DNA of 64,000 nt from Minisyncoccota bacterium (GTDB taxonomy: Bacteria; Patescibacteriota; Minisyncoccia; Phycocordibacterales; Phycocordibacteraceae). The stretch is from NCBI GenBank assembly GCA_035548315.1, contig DASZTF010000044.1:159615-223614 (forward strand), in the 5' to 3' direction. Under the pieces are notes generated by a model. The model was given only the letters and a program-made list of their open reading frames with translations, did not search any database and was not told where the DNA came from. Positions 27,747 through 37,088 of this stretch are shown piece after piece. The translations under genes were made by a program, and so were the position numbers. The first letter of the stretch is position 1. Each line of letters starts with the position of its first letter.

Positions 27747-29633
27747 TTATTTCTCGGTTGCTTCGGCGTCGATGGGGCCAGAAGCGTCTGGGGGCGGCTG
27801 TTGGCCGGCGTCACCTCCCTGCTGGCTCTGCTGGTCTTTCATCATCGCCTCGCCGATTTTGGAGAGTGACGACGACAGCGCTTCTGTTGCAGCCTTGATC
27901 TTCTCGAGGTCGTCAGCGTCTTTTACAGCCTTGAGGTCGCTGATCTTGGTCTGCACGTCTGCCACGACTTCTGCGCCAGCCTTCTCGCCATTGTCCTTCA
28001 CCGCCTTCTCGGCAGCGTAGATCATCTGGTCTGCCATGTTGCGCGCATCCACGAGTCCCTTGCGCTTCTCGTCTTCTGCAGCGTTCGCCTCGGCGTCCTT
28101 CTGCATGCGGTCGATGTCCTCCTTGGAGAGACCCGTCGAGCCCTCGATGCGGATCGACTGCTCTTTGCCAGTAGTCTTCTCCTTGGCCTTCACGGTGAGG
28201 ATGCCGTTGCTGTCGACGTCGAACGTCACTTCCACCTGCGGCATACCGCGTGGAGCCGGTGGAATACCGTCGAGCATGAACTTGCCGAGCGACTTATTAT
28301 CCGCGCTCATCGCGCGCTCGCCCTGCGTCACGTGGATCTCTACCGACGGCTGATTATCGGCGGCAGTCGAGAATATCTGCGAGCGGCTGGTCGGGATCGC
28401 GGTGTTGCGCTCGATGAGCTTGGTCGCCACGCCGCCCATCGTTTCAATAGCGAGAGAAAGCGGAATGACATCCACGAGGAGGATATCCTTCACATCGCCC
28501 TGGAAGATGCCGGCCTGTACGGCTGCGCCGAGCGCCACGACTTCATCCGGGTTCACGGAGAGGTTCGGCTTCTTGTTGAAGTACTTCTCTACTTCCGTCT
28601 GGATGAGCGGCATGCGGGTCTGGCCGCCCACGAGGATGACTTCATTGATATCCGCGACCTTAAACGGCGATGCCTCCATCGCGCGCTTGGTAATAGCAAT
28701 AGCGCGATCGACGAACTCGCGCGAGAGCTCTTCGAGCTGTGCACGCGTCATCTTGATCAACAAGTGCTGCGGGCCTGCATCCGTGGACGTAATAAAGGGA
28801 ATATTTACTTCCGTCTCCATCGCGGTCGAGAGCTCGATCTTTGCCTTCTCGGCTGCTTCATCGAGGCGCTGGCGCGCGAGCGCGTCGCCGCGCACATCCA
28901 CACCCGACTGCTTCTTAAATTCGTCGGCGAGCCAGTTGATTATTTTCTGGTCGAGGTCCTTGCCGCCCAAGTGTGCGTCGCCATCAGTGCTTCTCACCTC
29001 AACAACATCATCTCCGACCTCAAGAATAGAGATATCGAACGTACCACCCCCGAAGTCGAACACAGCGATCTTCTCTTCCTTCTTCTTATTGAATCCGTAT
29101 GCGAGCGCTGCTGCGGTCGGCTCATTGATGATGCGCTTCACGTCGAGGCCGGCGATCTTGCCCGCGTCCTTAGTGGCATTGCGCTGTGCGTCGTTAAAGT
29201 ATGCCGGCACAGTAATCACCGCCTCCGTGATCTTCTCGCCGAGCTTAGCTTCTGCATCCGCCTTGAGCTTAGAGAGAATCATCGCCGAGACTTCTTCCGG
29301 CGAATACCACTTGTCTCCCATCTTCACCTCGATGCCGCCGTTGCTTGCTTTACGCATTTCAAACGGCACGACTTCTTTGTCCTTCTGCACCGCGGGCTCG
29401 TCGAACGAGTGTCCGATGAAGCGCTTGATCTGGTAAATCGTATTGGTCGGGTTGGTCACCGACTGGCGTTTGGCGAGAGTGCCCACGATGCGCTCGCCAT
29501 TCTTCCCGACGGCGACGATGGACGGCGTCGTGCGCTGTCCTTCAGCGTTCTCGAGCACGCGCGGCTCACCGCCTTCGACGATCGCCATCGCGGAGTTGGT
29601 GGTACCGAGGTCAATTCCAAGAATCTTTGCCAT
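27747..29633 (-). CDS. dnaK: Chaperone DnaK
   Basis: [32 protein letters not shown]. Confidence 0.99.
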   Translation of the reverse strand: MAKILGIDLGTTNSAMAIVEGGEPRVLENAEGQRTTPSIVAVGKNGERIVGTLAKRQSVTNPTNTIYQIKRFIGHSFDEPAVQKDKEVVPFEMRKASNGGIEVKMGDKWYSPEEVSAMILSKLKADAEAKLGEKITEAVITVPAYFNDAQRNATKDAGKIAGLDVKRIINEPTAAALAYGFNKKKEEKIAVFDFGGGTFDISILEVGDDVVEVRSTDGDAHLGGKDLDQKIINWLADEFKKQSGVDVRGDALARQRLDEAAEKAKIELSTAMETEVNIPFITSTDAGPQHLLIKMTRAQLEELSREFVDRAIAITKRAMEASPFKVADINEVILVGGQTRMPLIQTEVEKYFNKKPNLSVNPDEVVALGAAVQAGIFQGDVKDILLVDVIPLSLAIETMGGVATKLIERNTAIPTSRSQIFSTAADNQPSVEIHVTQGERAMSADNKSLGKFMLDGIPPAPRGMPQVEVTFDVDSNGILTVKAKEKTTGKEQSIRIEGSTGLSKEDIDRMQKDAEANAAEDEKRKGLVDARNMADQMIYAAEKAVKDNGEKAGAEVVADVQTKISDLKAVKDADDLEKIKAATEALSSSLSKIGEAMMKDQQSQQGGDAGQQPPPDASGPIDAEATEK

Positions 29634-29698
29634 AGTGAAAGTCGATTGAGTTAATAAGTTATCCTATTTTACAAAAACTGATATCTATCGCGCAAGTC

Positions 29699-29775
29699 GC
29701 TCCGCAATATGCTGCCCTCGGGAGCGCTCAGGCCGCTAGGCCAATTCAACTCCCTCGAACAGCATATTGCTACGC
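29699..29775 (-). repeat. Intergenic hairpin element A (grpE-dnaK)
   Basis: Minus strand GC-GTA-GC-AATATGCTG...CAGCATATT-GC-GGA-GC with an inner GGCC-TAGC-GGCC hairpin. Confidence 0.7.
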
Positions 29776-30330
29776 TTATGCGAAGTGGCCGACGCGTACC
29801 TTGGCCGGCCGGATCACCCGGTCACCCTGCTTCCAGCCCTTCTCGAGTACGGCCGTGACGGTGTCATCTTTCGCCTTATCGTCCACCGCGTCCTGGCCGT
29901 ACGCCTCGTGGAGATTCGGGTCGAATGCCTCGCCCAATTCACCCACGGCTACGAGCCCAAGCGATCCAAACGCGGCCTCAAGTTGTTTAACAATAGCCTG
30001 GAAGCCCTCGGGAATATCGCCGTGCTCCTTCGCGCGCTCGATAGCGTCGTATGCGGGGAGAAGCGCCTCGACGGCCTTCGTCACACCTGCTTCCCTTGCA
30101 TTCTTTGCATCTACTTCAGAGCGCTTCAAGAGGTTTACATAATCAGCCTTGGCGCGCTGCCAACCGTCCATGTTCTCCTGCTTCTCTTTCTTCACCTGTG
30201 CGAGCTCGTCCTTGAGCTTCTTTATCCGTGTTTCGGCTGAGGCCTCAACATCTTCAACTTCGGGCTCAGTGCCCTCGTCTTCGACCCTCGCATCTATCTC
30301 AAATTCATCGCTATAGTCTCCTTTTGGCAT
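29776..30330 (-). CDS. grpE: Nucleotide exchange factor GrpE
   Basis: WQRAKADYVN, FDPNLHEA, KGW....VIRPAKV; start ATG 30330. Confidence 0.95.
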   Translation of the reverse strand: MPKGDYSDEFEIDARVEDEGTEPEVEDVEASAETRIKKLKDELAQVKKEKQENMDGWQRAKADYVNLLKRSEVDAKNAREAGVTKAVEALLPAYDAIERAKEHGDIPEGFQAIVKQLEAAFGSLGLVAVGELGEAFDPNLHEAYGQDAVDDKAKDDTVTAVLEKGWKQGDRVIRPAKVRVGHFA

Positions 30331-30336
30331 TTCCTC

Positions 30337-30365
30337 AGTATGCAGAAAATCACAATCCGCGTCAA
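30337..30365 (-). promoter_or_regulatory. grpE promoter (predicted leaderless start)
   Basis: TTGACG-17 nt-CATACT, 6 nt before ATG. Confidence 0.7.
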
Positions 30366-30565
30366 AGAGAAGAGGCCGATGCGCAGGATCCCAACGCGCA
30401 TCGGCCTCAACAGGAGGAACTCTCCACTTCCGCCCCACACCGCACGTGATTCTCTCAATCATGGTGTGATAGTGAAATGAAGCTGCATGCACTGGTACCG
30501 GACCGCCCAATGGCAATCAAGCGGCTTTTCCCTCGCGCTAGCTCCTGTGAACTGAAACTTCCTAA
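30363..30565 (-). ncRNA. Candidate structured ncRNA of about 200 nt
   Basis: TGGTAGGGT -10 at 30571-30579, several internal stems, 13-bp terminal hairpin 30372-30408 with U-rich tail, no convincing ORF. Confidence 0.35.
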
Positions 30566-30584
30566 TCGGCACCCTACCACAGAA

Positions 30585-30614
30585 AAAACAAACCACCGAG
30601 AGGCGGTTTGTTTT
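30585..30614 (-). terminator. Terminator after rpsI
   Basis: AAAACAAACC...GGTTTGTTTT. Confidence 0.8.
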
Positions 30615-30619
30615 GGCAT

Positions 30620-31018
30620 CTAACGCTTACTCCACTGCTTGCGCTTGCGGGCGCCGACGAGGCCCGGCTTCTTGCGTTCCTTGGCGCGCGGGTCGCGCTT
30701 CAGGAATCCAGCCTTCTTGAGGGTGGTGCGGGTGCCGCCATTCACCTCCACCGCTGCGCGGGCGATGGCCATCCGTACTGCATCAGCTTGAGCCGACTTG
30801 CCGCCGCCCTTCACCTTCGCGGATACCGCGTAGGTCTCGTTGAGCTCGGCGAGTTTGAGCGCCTCTTCAGCGACGAGCGCGCGTTCTGCCGTATGGAAGT
30901 AGTCCTTCGCCGGCATGCCGTTCACCGTCACGCTTGCCTTGCCCGCCTTCTCGAGGCGGACGCTCGCGATTGCGGTCTTACGGCGCCCTACTGCTGCGAT
31001 GTATTTGGTATCTGACAT
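30620..31018 (-). CDS. rpsI: 30S ribosomal protein S9
   Basis: GRRKTAIA, GGGKSAQA, RDPRAKERKKPG...QWSKR. Confidence 0.98.
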   Translation of the reverse strand: MSDTKYIAAVGRRKTAIASVRLEKAGKASVTVNGMPAKDYFHTAERALVAEEALKLAELNETYAVSAKVKGGGKSAQADAVRMAIARAAVEVNGGTRTTLKKAGFLKRDPRAKERKKPGLVGARKRKQWSKR

Positions 31019-31019
31019 A

Positions 31020-31373
31020 TTAATCTTCAATCTTAAGACGCTTCATGCGTTCCTTGCGGAGCTTGTTGCGCGGGATCATACCGTCCACGGTCTTGCGCAG
31101 CACTTCTGCCACACCCTTCTTCTGCATGAGCTCCTTCATGCTGACCTCGCGGAGACCTCCTGGGAATCCGGTGTAGCGCGTGTAGACCTTCCCTGCGGCG
31201 CGCTTCGCGCTGATCGACATCTTGGAAGCATTCGTCACGACGACCTCGATATCGGGCACGATGTTGCGCACGAAGTCTGCCGACTTCTTGCCCTGGAGCG
31301 TCTGCGCTGCTTCAGACGCGACGCGTCCGAGCGTGCGACCTGCTGCATCGATAGTGAAAGTTTTAGTAGCCAT
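31020..31373 (-). CDS. rplM: 50S ribosomal protein L13 (short form)
   Basis: IDAAGRTLGRVAS, YTGFPGG, GMIPRNKL. Confidence 0.96.
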   Translation of the reverse strand: MATKTFTIDAAGRTLGRVASEAAQTLQGKKSADFVRNIVPDIEVVVTNASKMSISAKRAAGKVYTRYTGFPGGLREVSMKELMQKKGVAEVLRKTVDGMIPRNKLRKERMKRLKIED

Positions 31374-31377
31374 AGGT

Positions 31378-31731
31378 TTAGACGAAAGCGATGTACGCGA
31401 GCTTGCGCGCGTCGTTTGCGCCGCGAGCCGTGCGCTTCACAATGCGGGTGTAGCCACCGGCGCGCTTTGCGTAGCGCGGACCAATCGCCGTGAAGAGCTT
31501 CTTCGTGGCTGCGGCGTCGTTAAGGCGCGAGGTCACTACGCGGCGATTCGCCACCGTGTCTGCCTTCGCGCGGGTCACAAGCTTCTCCACGAATGGGCGG
31601 AGCTCCTTCGCCTTTGCTTCGGTGGTCGAGATACGCTCGTGAAGAACGAGGGAACGCGCCAAGCTGCGCAGGAGTGCGTCTCGCTGTGCTTTGGTACGTC
31701 CCAGGGTCCGGCCTTTGTGATGATGGCGCAT
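31378..31731 (-). CDS. rplQ: 50S ribosomal protein L17
   Basis: MRHH..GR.LGR, TTEAKAKE, GGYTRI. Confidence 0.98.
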   Translation of the reverse strand: MRHHHKGRTLGRTKAQRDALLRSLARSLVLHERISTTEAKAKELRPFVEKLVTRAKADTVANRRVVTSRLNDAAATKKLFTAIGPRYAKRAGGYTRIVKRTARGANDARKLAYIAFV

Positions 31732-31754
31732 ACGTGTTTCTCGACTCTACCCTA

Positions 31755-32708
31755 TTATTCCGCTTTAAGCGAGAGCCCGATTGATTTGAGCGCGTCTTCG
31801 ATCTCACCGACTGCTTTGTCGCCGATGCCGTCGAGCTCCTTGAGCGCCGACGCGGTTTTGCGCGTGAGGCCAGCTGCGGTCTTCACGCCCGCGTCCTCGA
31901 GTGCGCCCGCGACGCGGGTCGGGAGGCCGAGCTCGGATACCTTGGTCTTTGCAGCGTCCTTCTCTTCTGCATCGTCAGCAGCATCCATAGCTGCTGCCGG
32001 TGCGTTCGACATCATCGTCTCCTCCTGGAAGCCGACGACTGCCTTGAGCTGGTGGATCATGATCTCGATCGACTGCTCGAGCGCTTCGCGCGGGCTGAGT
32101 GCGCCGTTGGTCTCGATGAGGATGCGCAGACGGTTGAAGTCCGTGCGGTCACCGACGCGCATGTTCTCTACTTCGTAGTTCACACGGCGGATCGGCGTGA
32201 ACGTCGCATCGAGCGCGATCGTACCGATGTCCACCTTCTCTTTGGTAAGCGTCTCGCGCGGCACATAGCCCAAACCGCGCTCGATCGTAGCTTCAAGTTC
32301 AAGGGCGACCTTGCCCGAGAGATCAGCGAGATGCACCTCCGGATTCTTGATTTCCACCTGGCTCGGGAGCTTGAGGTCGGCAGCGGTGACTTCCTTCGGG
32401 CCCTTTGCGGAAAGTGTAATGGTCTGCGGCTCATCGCCGTGGAGGACGAAGTTCACGCGCTTCAAGTTAAGCAAAAGCCCCATGACGTTCTCGCGTACGC
32501 CCTCGATGGTAGCGAATTCATGCGGGACGCCGTCGATCTTGACCTGCGTAATAGCCGCGCCGGGAAGCGAGGAAAGGATAATGCGGCGGAGGCTGTTGCC
32601 GAGCGTCTGCCCGTAGCCCGGGTAGAGCGCGTCGATTTCATAAATACCCTGCATGCCCTCTTCAGAAACAACGCGAGGCTTAGACGGAAGTGTGATGTGG
32701 TATTCCAT
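31755..32708 (-). CDS. rpoA: RNA polymerase alpha subunit
   Basis: GYGQTLGNSLRR, HEF, ALDATFTPI, RVGDRTDF, alpha-CTD. Confidence 0.98.
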   Translation of the reverse strand: MEYHITLPSKPRVVSEEGMQGIYEIDALYPGYGQTLGNSLRRIILSSLPGAAITQVKIDGVPHEFATIEGVRENVMGLLLNLKRVNFVLHGDEPQTITLSAKGPKEVTAADLKLPSQVEIKNPEVHLADLSGKVALELEATIERGLGYVPRETLTKEKVDIGTIALDATFTPIRRVNYEVENMRVGDRTDFNRLRILIETNGALSPREALEQSIEIMIHQLKAVVGFQEETMMSNAPAAAMDAADDAEEKDAAKTKVSELGLPTRVAGALEDAGVKTAAGLTRKTASALKELDGIGDKAVGEIEDALKSIGLSLKAE

Positions 32709-32746
32709 AACTCAATCAGTGTTACCAGTGAATAAGTAAATACGAA

Positions 32747-33358
32747 TTAACGGCTGTAGAACGAGAGCACGGCCGCGAGGTCGCCTGCCGGATCAGCAGA
32801 CGCCGAGTTCGGCATATCTGCGATACCGCCCTGCATTCCCTTGGCATCCCAGCGGAGCCAGGACGCGAGCGGGCGCTCTGCGAAGCGATCGCCGAAGCCC
32901 TCGTACATCGCGCTCGACTTGCTGCCGTCGCGCACCGCGATCGTGTCACCCGCGTGGATACGCTGCGACGGAATCGTGGTCTTCTTGCCGTTCACCATGA
33001 TGTGTCCGTGGGACACCATCTGGCGGGCTGCGCGGCGGGTCTTCGCAAGCCCGAGGCGGTACACGATCGAGTCGAGGCGAAGCTCGAGGAGGCGGTGGAG
33101 GGTCTCGGTCGGGTTGGTCCCATGCTGCGCGAGGGCTTCCTTCACGTAATTGGCAAACTGCTTCTCCGAGAGGCCGTAGGTAAGGCGCACCTTCTGCTTT
33201 TCAAGAAGCTGCTTGCCGAACTCGGACGCGCCGCGCGGGCGACCCTTCTTGTTCATCGCCTTGCGGTCTGCGGAGAGCGCAAATTTCTGCGACTGCGTCT
33301 TTTCAAAGACGGTAGGGCCGAGGCGGCGAGCGATCTTGTACTTAGGTCCAGTTTTCAT
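32747..33358 (-). CDS. rpsD: 30S ribosomal protein S4
   Basis: [28 protein letters not shown]. Confidence 0.98.
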   Translation of the reverse strand: MKTGPKYKIARRLGPTVFEKTQSQKFALSADRKAMNKKGRPRGASEFGKQLLEKQKVRLTYGLSEKQFANYVKEALAQHGTNPTETLHRLLELRLDSIVYRLGLAKTRRAARQMVSHGHIMVNGKKTTIPSQRIHAGDTIAVRDGSKSSAMYEGFGDRFAERPLASWLRWDAKGMQGGIADMPNSASADPAGDLAAVLSFYSR

Positions 33359-33376
33359 AGTAGTAAAGAGAAAAGA

Positions 33377-33811
33377 TTAGACGCGACGCGGCTTCGGCGG
33401 GCGCGGGCCGTTGTGCGGTACGGGGGTAGCGTCCTTGATCGCACGGATCTGGATACCCTTACCGGCGAAAGCGCGGAGCGCAGACTCGCGGCCAGCACCC
33501 ACGCCGCGGATGATGACCGAAGCTTCCTTAAGACCCACGATGCTGCCCTTCTCGCCGAGGAGCTCGCCCACCTTAGCGGCAGCGTACGGGGTCGATTTGC
33601 GAGCGCCGGTGAATCCGAGTGCGCCTGCCGAGCTCGACATAATGGCGTTACCCTTCTCGTCCGTGAGAACGGCCTTCGTATTATTGAAGGTAGCTTCAAT
33701 ATGAAGGATGCCACGCTCCACGCGCTTCTTAGAGGACTTTGCGAGTGCGCGCTCTTTGCGGCCCTGGTCGAGTCCCTTTCCTGACTTCTTGATGATGCGT
33801 TTCTTTCCCAT
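33377..33811 (-). CDS. rpsK: 30S ribosomal protein S11
   Basis: TFNNT, KSTPYAA, PVPHNG.RP. Confidence 0.98.
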   Translation of the reverse strand: MGKKRIIKKSGKGLDQGRKERALAKSSKKRVERGILHIEATFNNTKAVLTDEKGNAIMSSSAGALGFTGARKSTPYAAAKVGELLGEKGSIVGLKEASVIIRGVGAGRESALRAFAGKGIQIRAIKDATPVPHNGPRPPKPRRV

Positions 33812-33835
33812 AGGTAAATTAAGTAATGGTCAGGA

Positions 33836-34216
33836 TTATGTCTTCTCAAGCGTACGGCGACCGCTACCCATGGTCTTGCGTACGTTACCGCGGCGCGTGC
33901 GGGAGTTGGTCTTGGTGCGCTGGTTGCGTACCGGGAGACCGCGCTCGTGGCGGTTACCGCGCCAGGACTTGATGTCCTTGAGGCGCTTCACGTTCTGGCC
34001 GATCTCGCGGCGGAGATCTCCCTCGATCGTGTATGCCTCTGCGAGCGAGCGGATCTTCTGCTCTTCGTCAGGCGAGAGTTCAGAACCCTTCTTGGTGAAT
34101 GGGACGCCTGCTTCTTTCAGGATGAGCTTGGCGCGCGTGTAGCCGATGCCGTAGATGATCGGCAACGTGTACGAGAGCTGCTTGTCGTCAGGAAGGGTGA
34201 CACCGGCGATACGCAT
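33836..34216 (-). CDS. rpsM: 30S ribosomal protein S13
   Basis: MRIAGV, IYGIG, GLPVRNQRTKTNSRT. Confidence 0.98.
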   Translation of the reverse strand: MRIAGVTLPDDKQLSYTLPIIYGIGYTRAKLILKEAGVPFTKKGSELSPDEEQKIRSLAEAYTIEGDLRREIGQNVKRLKDIKSWRGNRHERGLPVRNQRTKTNSRTRRGNVRKTMGSGRRTLEKT

Positions 34217-34241
34217 AGGGAAATTGAGTACTAAAATAAAA

Positions 34242-34358
34242 TTAACCCTGGCGAGCCTTACGACGCGGGTTCTTTTTGTTAATGCGGTACAAACGGCCTT
34301 TGCGGCGGACGATGATGTCCCCCGGCTGCTGTACCTTGATCGATGCGCGGACTTTCAT
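34242..34358 (-). CDS. rpmJ: 50S ribosomal protein L36, zinc-free type (not in the ORF track)
   Basis: [38 protein letters not shown], between infA and rpsM. Confidence 0.95.
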   Translation of the reverse strand: MKVRASIKVQQPGDIIVRRKGRLYRINKKNPRRKARQG

Positions 34359-34366
34359 GAGGTAAA

Positions 34367-34600
34367 TTAGAGGCGCTTCACGATGCGGGCGCGGCCGCCG
34401 TAGGGATCGGTGATAAGTTCCACCGAATCTCCCACGAGTACGCGAATGCGGTGCAACCGCATCTTCCCGGCCAGATAGCTAAGTACGAGCTCGCCATCCT
34501 CCTTCCCCTCGCCCGGTTCAAGCCGGACACGGAAAAGAGAATTAGGCAAGACCTCCTCGACGACTCCTGTCGCTGTGTTCTTCGAACCGCTATCCTCCAT
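34367..34600 (-). CDS. infA: Translation initiation factor IF-1
   Basis: [27 protein letters not shown]. Confidence 0.96.
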   Translation of the reverse strand: MEDSGSKNTATGVVEEVLPNSLFRVRLEPGEGKEDGELVLSYLAGKMRLHRIRVLVGDSVELITDPYGGRARIVKRL

Positions 34601-34667
34601 GTGAAGCGTTCATTATGATATCAGGCTGGCTAAAAGTCGTCAAATTGCGGGGCGAAATCCTTCCGAC

Positions 34668-35909
34668 TTAGGGGGTCTCGACGGTTACGGTGATATCACC
34701 CGGGTCAGACGGGTACGAGCCCTTCCAGAATGGGCGTAGGGTAAGTACAGCCCGTCCTACCTCCGGGAAGCCGGTCAGCACAGAAAGTGCCGAAGCGCGG
34801 GACTTCCCTGCGACCGCCCCAGCGATCTTGGTCGGGTCGACCTTCCAGACTACCGTGGCATTCCCCGAGAGCGTGAAGCTAAAGCTCGAATTAGCAGCCG
34901 GCGTGGTAGACCCCGTGCCCGCGAGTGCGAGACCCGAGACATCCTTGAGGCTAATCGGTTGGCCATTGTACTGCTGCCCCACCACCTGCGTGGCGACAAT
35001 GCGCGAGATTGCATCCGCCGGGAATATCACTGCCGTGGCCGTGGCCTGTTCCTTCACGAGTACGTTGCCACTTGTGTCTCCCGCATCAGGAAGCGGGACA
35101 TAGGTCACAAAGATGCTGCCCGGAATAAGTACGTAGCCATCCGGAACTTGTGGCGCGACTTCCCCCGTCATCTGACCCGAGAGCGTGGCCTGAAGTTTCG
35201 CGTGCTCGGCATCGTCGGTGGCCTGACCGACTGACGGGCGCGTGCCCGAGAAGCCGCCGGTGAATGCTTCGGTCGACTTAGCATAGACCTGGGTAGCCTG
35301 TGGGGTACCCGAGAGGCCAGGAAGCGTGAACGAAGACGGGCCGATGTTGTACTCCTCACCTGGGGAGTCTGCATAGACGGTAACGTTCAGGGTGCCTGGG
35401 CTGACGGCGCTGCCTGCTGGGACTGTCACGGACTGATGGATGCGGAAGATAAGGCCTGCGGAAGTCTCAAAGCGTGTGTTGTTGATAAGCGGCTGCGCCT
35501 TGGACTGGGTGTTGTAGATCGTGATCGTACCCTGCGCGGCGTCGTTTGCCGTCACGGTGCTCTCTGCCGGGACGCTTTCGGAGGCGACCTTCTGCACGGT
35601 CACCAGCTGGAATGGGATGTCGCCCGTGCTTGGGGTCGCGGTGTAGGTGCCGGTCACCGTACCGGTGTTAGTCGTCGGGAATACGTCTACTTTCGCACTG
35701 CCGAAGAGCGCGAGCGCGCCCACAGCAAGAATGACCACAATAATTGCCACGATAGCAGTACCCCAGGGGAACTTACGGCGCGGGCGGATATAGAGCGGTC
35801 GCTGCGGCGGCGGAGGCGGGAAATTTCCGGAATCCTGCTGTGGCAGCATGGGATCACCCATGGGACGGCGGCGGGAGGGCGGGACGATGTCGGTGATGGT
35901 ACGCGGCAT
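34668..35909 (-). CDS. Single-pass membrane protein with large beta-rich extracellular region (baseplate-J-like)
   Basis: N-terminal DIVPP, TM helix, A.GTITIYN...TRF...G..FR...VP...V.A..PG.EYNI. Confidence 0.75.
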   Translation of the reverse strand: MPRTITDIVPPSRRRPMGDPMLPQQDSGNFPPPPPQRPLYIRPRRKFPWGTAIVAIIVVILAVGALALFGSAKVDVFPTTNTGTVTGTYTATPSTGDIPFQLVTVQKVASESVPAESTVTANDAAQGTITIYNTQSKAQPLINNTRFETSAGLIFRIHQSVTVPAGSAVSPGTLNVTVYADSPGEEYNIGPSSFTLPGLSGTPQATQVYAKSTEAFTGGFSGTRPSVGQATDDAEHAKLQATLSGQMTGEVAPQVPDGYVLIPGSIFVTYVPLPDAGDTSGNVLVKEQATATAVIFPADAISRIVATQVVGQQYNGQPISLKDVSGLALAGTGSTTPAANSSFSFTLSGNATVVWKVDPTKIAGAVAGKSRASALSVLTGFPEVGRAVLTLRPFWKGSYPSDPGDITVTVETP

Positions 35910-35944
35910 AGGTAGTAAGTTAATAGCGAATTTCCGCAATTATA

Positions 35945-37084
35945 TCATGCAGTGATCTCGTCAAGCGGTTTCGCGTGGAATAGCGCGAGCATCATGAGAG
36001 TCACGTCGGCCTCCGCTTCAGGCCCCACACCCACATACGGGGAGAACTGGCCGGTCGTGACGGCAGCAATCGTGAGCGGCTCGTCGGAGAGCCAGAGCTG
36101 GCGCAGTGCCGCATCGTCGAGCGCCCGGCGCAGATACTCGCGTGCGTCATCATCCGCGACAAGAAACAGTGTACGTGGAAGCGCGTACTCACTCGAAAGC
36201 TGTCTGAGCGCGGCGGCAATGCCGTTCATCCAATCGGAGCGCGTCATGGAAGTGCCTGCCGCCGCGGCGTTCTTCACCAGGTGGATACCGTGCTCGGTGG
36301 CTATGGCATCGCTCATGCGGGGCACATGCGCGTGGGTGAGGTGCCCCACGCCAAGCGGCACTGCCGTCACCGCTGAAAGGAGTCCTTGACGCACAAGCGC
36401 TATTTCAGTAGCAGCACTTGCGACGTCAAACACAATAAACTGCCGTTCGTGCGGGTAGATATCGCGGAATACGGCGAAGGCGCACGGCGCAAATGCCGTG
36501 AAGCGGATCGTATGGGCGTGGAAGGCCTTACGGAGAGCGGTGGTGATGCCGTCGGCTACCGGGCGCGGTAGCGAGCTCCCGAGCACGACAAACTCGGCGC
36601 GGCGGACCTTTTGCCCAAAGGGGTTGCTCGACTCGTAACCGTTGAGGATCGTGGATATAACTGCCTCTGCAGCAGTTACGCGGTCGCCCTCCCCTCCCGC
36701 GCTGCGCGCCACAGACTCGCGCATGAGCGCTCGGGTGACGGTGAATGGTTCCTTCTTCTCGACACGCTCGATCCGTACCGAGCTCTCTTGCCATGGGGCC
36801 GATACCGAGACGAATGCCTCCGTAATGGAAATGTGGCCGGTCGCTCGTTTCAACACCGGGATGCCACGAGTAATGAGGAGCTCGGAAAGCTCGGTGAGCG
36901 CGCGGAGCATCGCCGCAGTAAGGTCCTCGCCCTCATGAGGGCGGATGGACGTGCGTGCAGAATAATGCAGGACTGGTTTCCCTTTTATCATAGAGACATA
37001 CGCGCCGGCGACGGAGCCAGAGCTCACATCGATCAAAAGCGCCGCTGCATCAGCAGGTTTCTTAAATAACCCCAAAAGACCCAT
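35945..37084 (-). CDS. Divergent actin-like (FtsA/PilM-like ASKHA) protein
   Basis: Two phosphate-loop-like motifs LIDVSSGSV and FDVASAATE. Confidence 0.65.
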   Translation of the reverse strand: MGLLGLFKKPADAAALLIDVSSGSVAGAYVSMIKGKPVLHYSARTSIRPHEGEDLTAAMLRALTELSELLITRGIPVLKRATGHISITEAFVSVSAPWQESSVRIERVEKKEPFTVTRALMRESVARSAGGEGDRVTAAEAVISTILNGYESSNPFGQKVRRAEFVVLGSSLPRPVADGITTALRKAFHAHTIRFTAFAPCAFAVFRDIYPHERQFIVFDVASAATEIALVRQGLLSAVTAVPLGVGHLTHAHVPRMSDAIATEHGIHLVKNAAAAGTSMTRSDWMNGIAAALRQLSSEYALPRTLFLVADDDAREYLRRALDDAALRQLWLSDEPLTIAAVTTGQFSPYVGVGPEAEADVTLMMLALFHAKPLDEITA

Positions 37085-37088
37085 GCAG

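Noticed and set aside
28332-29654. Long plus-strand ORFs antisense to dnaK (similar ones opposite cysS, dnaB and atpA)
   Set aside because: Shadow ORFs expected from high GC and biased codon usage; no protein motifs; they fully overlap well-supported genes.
29634-30365. CIRCE/HrcA operator before grpE or dnaK
   Set aside because: No TTAGCACTC-N9-GAGTGCTAA found; the inverted repeat present is unrelated.
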